NCBI GenBank assembly: GCA_038231455.1
Contig: JBBRLI010000045.1
Coordinates: forward strand, 1-11,986
Direction: 5' to 3'
Length of the DNA: 11,986 nucleotides
Source of the DNA: Vulcanimicrobiales bacterium
GTDB lineage: Bacteria > Vulcanimicrobiota > Vulcanimicrobiia > Vulcanimicrobiales > Vulcanimicrobiaceae
In this document: positions 7,024 through 11,986 of the stretch, piece after piece
Position numbering within the stretch: the first letter of the stretch is position 1
Layout of the letters: each line of letters begins with the position of its first letter
The notes under the pieces: generated by a model
The model's database searches: none
The model's input: only the letters and a program-made list of their open reading frames with translations
Told to the model about the DNA's origin: nothing
Translations under genes and position numbers: made by a program

Positions 7024-8000
7024 GGCGAGTGCCTCGGCGGATCGCGACCGTCGCGTTCGCGCTCGCAATTGCTGGCTGGGCGCGAACTGCTTCGGCCGAC
7101 GGTCAGATCGATGCCGACGTAAAGCAGTGGTTCACCGGTCCGTTGATCGCCCCGTCGCCTGCGTTGCCGGTCGCCCGTTTGCTGGCGGTAGAGCCGTATG
7201 TCATCTACAGCGACACAACGGGCGCGTTCGGTGCCAACGGCGGCCGAACGTCCCGCCCTCACGCGGCGAATCACTCACTCTTCGTGTTCGCGATTAAGTA
7301 CGCAATCACGAAGCGCCTAACGGTTGCAATTACTCCATCGCTGGCGTATCAGACGAACGGTGCGTTGCCAGTCGGTGCCATCGGCGTGGGCGACCTTCCG
7401 GTGGAACTCGAGTACCGGTTCAAGAACGGGAACGGCAAAACCGGCTCACCATCGGTTACGTTCGATCTCGGCGTAACTACGCCCATCGGCGCCTACCAGC
7501 AACTCGCAAATCCGCTCGACGGTATCGGCAGCGGCGCAAGCACGCTCAAGGAAGGTGTCGTCGTTCAGTCGCTCTTCAATACCGCTAGCAATCATGCGAT
7601 GCGCGTTCGGCTCTGGGCCGCGGTCTCCGAACCGCTCCGCGACGTGACGGTCCGAGACTTGAGCGTGTACGGCACGCTGGCGGGCTTCAGAGGTTCGGTA
7701 ACCCCCGGAATTTCGAGAGCGCTCGGCCTCGGCATGGAATACGGGCTCGATCGCCGTTGGGTGATTGCTCTCGACCTCAGCCAGAACTACGCCAACGCGT
7801 TCCGCCTGCGCGGAATCGACGCGAAGGGAAGCGTCGTGCGCAGTACGAGCACCTACGGTGATTCCTTCGTCCTGGCACCGGCGATCGAATACAATATGTC
7901 GGGACGCCTCGGCATCATCGGCGGGGTCGCGTTCTCGGCCGCCGGCCGCAACGCTTCGTCGTTCGTTGCGCCGCAAGTCGCGTTGAGCATGGCATTCTAG
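7020..8000 (+). CDS. Secreted, predicted outer-membrane beta-barrel protein (porin/transporter-like), 326 aa
   Basis: GTG 7020 overlaps the decarboxylase TGA (GTGA). Sec signal peptide RRVPRRIATVAFALAIAGWARTASA/D. WFTGPLIAPSP...VEPY N-terminal motif, amphipathic beta-strands (GDLPVELEYRF, LAPAIEYNMSGRLGIIGGVAFS) and terminal Phe (VALSMAF). Confidence 0.75.
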   Translation: MRRVPRRIATVAFALAIAGWARTASADGQIDADVKQWFTGPLIAPSPALPVARLLAVEPYVIYSDTTGAFGANGGRTSRPHAANHSLFVFAIKYAITKRLTVAITPSLAYQTNGALPVGAIGVGDLPVELEYRFKNGNGKTGSPSVTFDLGVTTPIGAYQQLANPLDGIGSGASTLKEGVVVQSLFNTASNHAMRVRLWAAVSEPLRDVTVRDLSVYGTLAGFRGSVTPGISRALGLGMEYGLDRRWVIALDLSQNYANAFRLRGIDAKGSVVRSTSTYGDSFVLAPAIEYNMSGRLGIIGGVAFSAAGRNASSFVAPQVALSMAF

Positions 8001-9305
8001 ATGGCGGAGGCCGCGAAGCAGAAGCCCAGCATGAACGTGTGGGGAGTCGCTGCGCTCGGCGTTGGAGCGATGGTCGGCGCGGGCATTTTCGCTCTGCTTG
8101 GAGAGGTCGCGCTAGTCGCTCACGGGGCAGCGTGGATCGCATTCATCGCCGGCGGCATCATCGCTATGTTCTCGGGGTATTCCTACGCTCGCCTCGCAGC
8201 CACGTACCCGTCGGATAGCGGCATCGTCGCGTTCTTCAACGCCGGATTGCCTGCCCGCGCAGCCGCCGGCTCGTTTTCTCTGATTTATTTGTTGACGTTG
8301 GCCGTGTCGAGCGCCCTTATCGCGAAGAGCTTCGGAGCCTACGCGGCACGGCTGGCGTTCGGCGACGGCGCAGCACCGATCTGGATCGACCTTTTCGCTA
8401 CCGCCATCGTCATCGGGCTCACTGTCCTCAACGCGGTCGGCTCGCGCGCCGTCGCGCGTGCCGAGATCGTCCTCGTCGCGGTCAAACTCTTGACGCTGGG
8501 CGCGCTACTGGTGGCCGGTTCGACGACGTTCTCCGCGGCGCGCCTTGGCAGCGCACACGAGGTTGGTCTCTCCTCGATCATCGCTGCAGTGGGACTCACG
8601 TTTTTCGCGTATTCCGGGTATGGCATTATGGCGAACGCTTCGGGTGACGTTGCCAAACCGAATGTCGTCATTCCACGCGCGATCTACGGCGCTATCGGCT
8701 TCGTCATTCTCCTCTACGTAGCGGTTTCGGTCATCGTTCTTGGAAACGTCAGCCAAGCCGATCTTGTGAAATATGCCGATACGGCCGTCGCTCAGGCGGC
8801 GAAGCCCGTGCTAGGCAGTGCGGGATTCATCGCAGTCTCGATCGCGGCGCTGCTCGCGACGGCCTCGGCGATCAACGCGATACTCTTCAGCAGTATGAAC
8901 ATCGCCCAAGGTCTCGGAAAAGCCCGCCAGCTCCCGGGCGCCTTCACCACCGTCGTCAGAGGCAAGCTCAGCCGTGGCGTCCTCGTCGCGGTGGTTGGGG
9001 TCCTCGCGATCATCAACTTTCTCGACCTCTCGGCAATTGCCGACGTCGCAAGCGCGGCTTTTCTCATCACGTACTTGGCGGTGTTCGTCGCACATTGGCG
9101 GCTTGTGAAAGAAACGAAGAGCAGTCGTGTTGTCATCGGGGTCGGTGCGTGTTTGATGGCCGTCGTGCTCGCCGTCTTCGAGACATCGGTTTATCGCAAG
9201 AGCGTGACGTTGCTATGGCTCACGGTCGGGCTTGTCGTTGCCGCAGTCGCGATCGAGCTCGTGCTCGCACGGACGGCACGGTCGAAGCCGGCCCTCGCAG
9301 CGTGA
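8001..9305 (+). CDS. APC-family amino acid permease (second, distinct subfamily)
   Basis: TM1 GVGAMVGAGIFALLG, SYARLAATYP..SG, TM6 FFAYSGYGIMANASGDVAKP...IPRAI, about 12 TM segments. ATG directly abuts the upstream TAG. Confidence 0.92.
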   Translation: MAEAAKQKPSMNVWGVAALGVGAMVGAGIFALLGEVALVAHGAAWIAFIAGGIIAMFSGYSYARLAATYPSDSGIVAFFNAGLPARAAAGSFSLIYLLTLAVSSALIAKSFGAYAARLAFGDGAAPIWIDLFATAIVIGLTVLNAVGSRAVARAEIVLVAVKLLTLGALLVAGSTTFSAARLGSAHEVGLSSIIAAVGLTFFAYSGYGIMANASGDVAKPNVVIPRAIYGAIGFVILLYVAVSVIVLGNVSQADLVKYADTAVAQAAKPVLGSAGFIAVSIAALLATASAINAILFSSMNIAQGLGKARQLPGAFTTVVRGKLSRGVLVAVVGVLAIINFLDLSAIADVASAAFLITYLAVFVAHWRLVKETKSSRVVIGVGACLMAVVLAVFETSVYRKSVTLLWLTVGLVVAAVAIELVLARTARSKPALAA

Positions 9306-9535
9306 TGAAAAAACGAACCATCGGCGATCCCCGAGACATCGATGCGCCGCAACCCCGTTCAATCCGTTATGAGCGGCTGCGCTATGTGGGACGACTCATG
9401 CCGCCCCACATGTCCGGTACATCGCCTGCGAAATCACGGCCCGGTCATCATCCGCCGATTTTAGCGACTTCAGCACATTCGGCCGCAACGTCGACCGGAA
9501 GCTGCGGATCGTGCGCCTTACGAATAAGCGCGTAT

Positions 9536-10327
9536 CTAAAACTGGCCGCCCCGAGCGCGACAATCATTTGCTCGGTCCCGGGCGGTGCGGCCGATCGCGG
9601 CAAACGACTGCGGGTCGAGGCTAGCGCCACCGACGAGCGCCCCATCGACGTCGGCCAAAGCCAAGAGGCTCGCCGCGTTCTGGGGGTCCACCGAGCCGCC
9701 GTAGAGGATACGTATTCGGTGCGCGATTTCCGCGCCCAGCACGGAGGCCACGTTGGCGCGAATCCGTGTGTGCGCGTCTTCGGTGACCGACGGGGGGGCC
9801 GGCGAACCATCGCCGATCGCCCAGAGCGGCTCGTATGCGAAAATGGCGGTTTCCGCACCTGTGCGGTCGACGCCCCGTAATGCGGCGGAGACTTGCCGCT
9901 CGAGCACAGCGGCCGTTGCCCCCGCCGCTCGTTCGCCTTTCGTTTCACCCACGCAGACCACCGGAATCAACCCGTGGGCCAGCGCCGAGCGAAGTTTCCA
10001 ATTGACGGACTCGTCGGTCTCGTTGAAGTAACGGCGACGCTCGCTATGCCCGATAAGAACGTGAGTGCAGCCAAGGGCGAGGAGCATCGTGGGTGAGGTC
10101 TCACCGGTGTACGCACCCTCATCGAGCCAATGCATGTTCTGTGCACCGACTTCGAGTTGCGTGCCGCGGACGGCTGCCGTGACCGCCGGCAGCGAGGTCA
10201 TTGCCGGAAAGAGCAGCGTTTCCACGCCGTCGCCCGCGTCGACCGCTCGAAAGTCCTCGATGAAGGCGACGGCGTCGGCCGGCGTTTTGTGCATTTTCCA
10301 GTTCGCGGCGATGAGCAGCGGGCGCAT
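9536..10327 (-). CDS. tpiA: Triosephosphate isomerase
   Basis: AANWKMHK, GAQNMHW, GAYTGETSP, IGHSERR, AYEPLWAIG, LYGGSV and DGALVGGASL. Start is ATG 10327, or alternatively GTG 10336 or TTG 10342, the last overlapping the xfp stop. Confidence 0.96.
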   Translation of the reverse strand: MRPLLIAANWKMHKTPADAVAFIEDFRAVDAGDGVETLLFPAMTSLPAVTAAVRGTQLEVGAQNMHWLDEGAYTGETSPTMLLALGCTHVLIGHSERRRYFNETDESVNWKLRSALAHGLIPVVCVGETKGERAAGATAAVLERQVSAALRGVDRTGAETAIFAYEPLWAIGDGSPAPPSVTEDAHTRIRANVASVLGAEIAHRIRILYGGSVDPQNAASLLALADVDGALVGGASLDPQSFAAIGRTARDRANDCRARGGQF

Positions 10328-10338
10328 CGAGGTCACGG

Positions 10339-11986
10339 TCAACCGGGGTCGCTCCATTTCCAGTTTCGAATCTCCGGCAAATCCTGGCCGTGCTCAGCGA
10401 TGTACCGCTTATGCTCGATCAGTTTATCGTGCATGCGCTGCCGTAGGTAATCGGACCCGGCACCGAGCTCTGGAAGACGATCGAGTACATCGCACACCAG
10501 ATGGAAGCGGTCGAGGTCGTTCTCCACGCGCATATCGAAGGGCGTCGTGATCGTCCCCTCTTCTTTGTAGCCGCGAACGTGCAGGCGTTGGTTCGTTCGT
10601 CGGTACGTCAAACGATGAATGACCGATGGATAGCCGTGGAACCCAAAAACGATATGCTTGTCCTTTGTGAAAAGGGCGTCATAGTCGGCCTCGCTCAACC
10701 CGTGGGGGTGCTCGCTTGCCGACTGCAGCTTCATGAGGTCGACGACGTTGATCACGCGAATCTTGATGCCGGGCAAGTTGGTACGGAGAATCCACGTTGC
10801 CGCGATGATCTCAAGCGTCGGTGTGTCACCGCAACACGCCATGACGACATCGGGTTCGCCGCCTTGGTCGTTGCTGGCCCAGGTCCAAATGCCGATGCCC
10901 TCGGTGCAATGGATGTCCGCGGCCTCCATGTTCAGCCACTGCGGCAATGCGTGCTTTCCGGCGACGACGACGTTCACGTAGTTGCGGCTGCGCAGGCAAT
11001 GATCGAACACCGACAAGAGACAATTCGCATCGGGCGGCAAGTAGACGCGCACGATGCTGGCCTTTTTATTGATCACATGATCGATGAACCCGGGATCCTG
11101 ATGCGTGAACCCGTTGTGATCCTGTTGCCAAACGTGCGAGGCCAGCAGATAGTTGAGCGATGAAATGTCCTGGCGCCACGGCAACTGCGCGCACACCTTG
11201 AGCCACTTCGCATGCTGGCTGAACATCGAATCCACGATCCGAATGAACGCCTCGTAACTGTTGAACAGTCCATGCCGGCCGGTTAGCAGGTAGCCTTCCA
11301 GCCAGCCCTCACACTGATGCTCGCTCAACATCGAATCGAGCACGCCGCCGGCGGGTGCGAGGAACTGATCGTTCGACTCGCGGCCCGCGTCCCATTGACG
11401 AGCGGTGACCTCGAAGACGGCCCCCAAGAGATTCGAGAGCGTCTCGTCCGGGCCGAAGATGCGGAAGTTGCGCGGCTCCGAGTTCGCTTGCATGACGTCG
11501 CGCAGAAAGAGACCCAGGACGTCGCAATCGCGCGCGTCGACGGCACCCGGCGCCGGCACGGCTACCGCGTGCGCGCGGAAATCCGGCATGCGCAGATCTC
11601 GCAGAAGTTTGCCGCCGTTGGCGTGCGGGTTGGCGCCCATGCGGCGGTCACCCGTGGGTGCGAGTTCGGCAAGTTCGTCGATGAGCCGACCGCTCTCATC
11701 GAATAACTCCTCCGGCTTGTAGCTCTTCATCCACGCTTCGAGTAACGGGACGTGCTCGGGGTGATCCGCGTCGACCAGCATCGGGACCTGGTGCGCGCGA
11801 AACGTCCCCTCGATTTGAAGACCGTCGACGACCTTGGGTCCGGTCCAGCCTTTCGGCGTGCGAAGCACGATCATCGGCCAGCGTGGCCGCGTCGTGTCGC
11901 CGGTCGTCCGCGCGTGCTGCTGAATGCGCGTGATGTCGTCGATCGCGCGGTCCATCGTTGCGGCCATCGCCTCGTGCATTGCGCCC
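10339..11986 (-). CDS. xfp: Xylulose-5-phosphate/fructose-6-phosphate phosphoketolase, C-terminal part; 5' end lies outside the window
   Basis: [100 protein letters not shown] and [10 protein letters not shown]. Confidence 0.97.
   Translation of the reverse strand, partial: GAMHEAMAATMDRAIDDITRIQQHARTTGDTTRPRWPMIVLRTPKGWTGPKVVDGLQIEGTFRAHQVPMLVDADHPEHVPLLEAWMKSYKPEELFDESGRLIDELAELAPTGDRRMGANPHANGGKLLRDLRMPDFRAHAVAVPAPGAVDARDCDVLGLFLRDVMQANSEPRNFRIFGPDETLSNLLGAVFEVTARQWDAGRESNDQFLAPAGGVLDSMLSEHQCEGWLEGYLLTGRHGLFNSYEAFIRIVDSMFSQHAKWLKVCAQLPWRQDISSLNYLLASHVWQQDHNGFTHQDPGFIDHVINKKASIVRVYLPPDANCLLSVFDHCLRSRNYVNVVVAGKHALPQWLNMEAADIHCTEGIGIWTWASNDQGGEPDVVMACCGDTPTLEIIAATWILRTNLPGIKIRVINVVDLMKLQSASEHPHGLSEADYDALFTKDKHIVFGFHGYPSVIHRLTYRRTNQRLHVRGYKEEGTITTPFDMRVENDLDRFHLVCDVLDRLPELGAGSDYLRQRMHDKLIEHKRYIAEHGQDLPEIRNWKWSDPG

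Noticed and set aside
9095-9880. 261-aa + strand ORF and other long antisense or alternate-frame ORFs (e.g. 3597..4265, 5980..6576, 10501..11163)
   Set aside because: These are shadow ORFs of well-supported genes in GC-rich DNA and carry no motifs.

Overview
GC-rich bacterial window, probably from a diderm because it encodes a predicted outer-membrane beta-barrel. The centre (1941-9305) is an amino-acid decarboxylation cassette. It has a tightly coupled + strand operon: GadC-like APC antiporter, tyrosine-decarboxylase-like PLP enzyme, signal-peptide beta-barrel and a second APC permease. A soluble-looking pyruvoyl-type (phosphatidylserine decarboxylase family) enzyme is transcribed divergently from it. 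Left of the cassette are the 5' end of a GH130-like gene (missed by the ORF track), a 19-bp perfect inverted repeat, a class III PPK2 with an apparent premature TGA, and a probable degenerate acetate kinase remnant. Right of it are tpiA and the 3' part of a phosphoketolase gene on the minus strand. Family calls come from motif recognition by eye, not from database searches.
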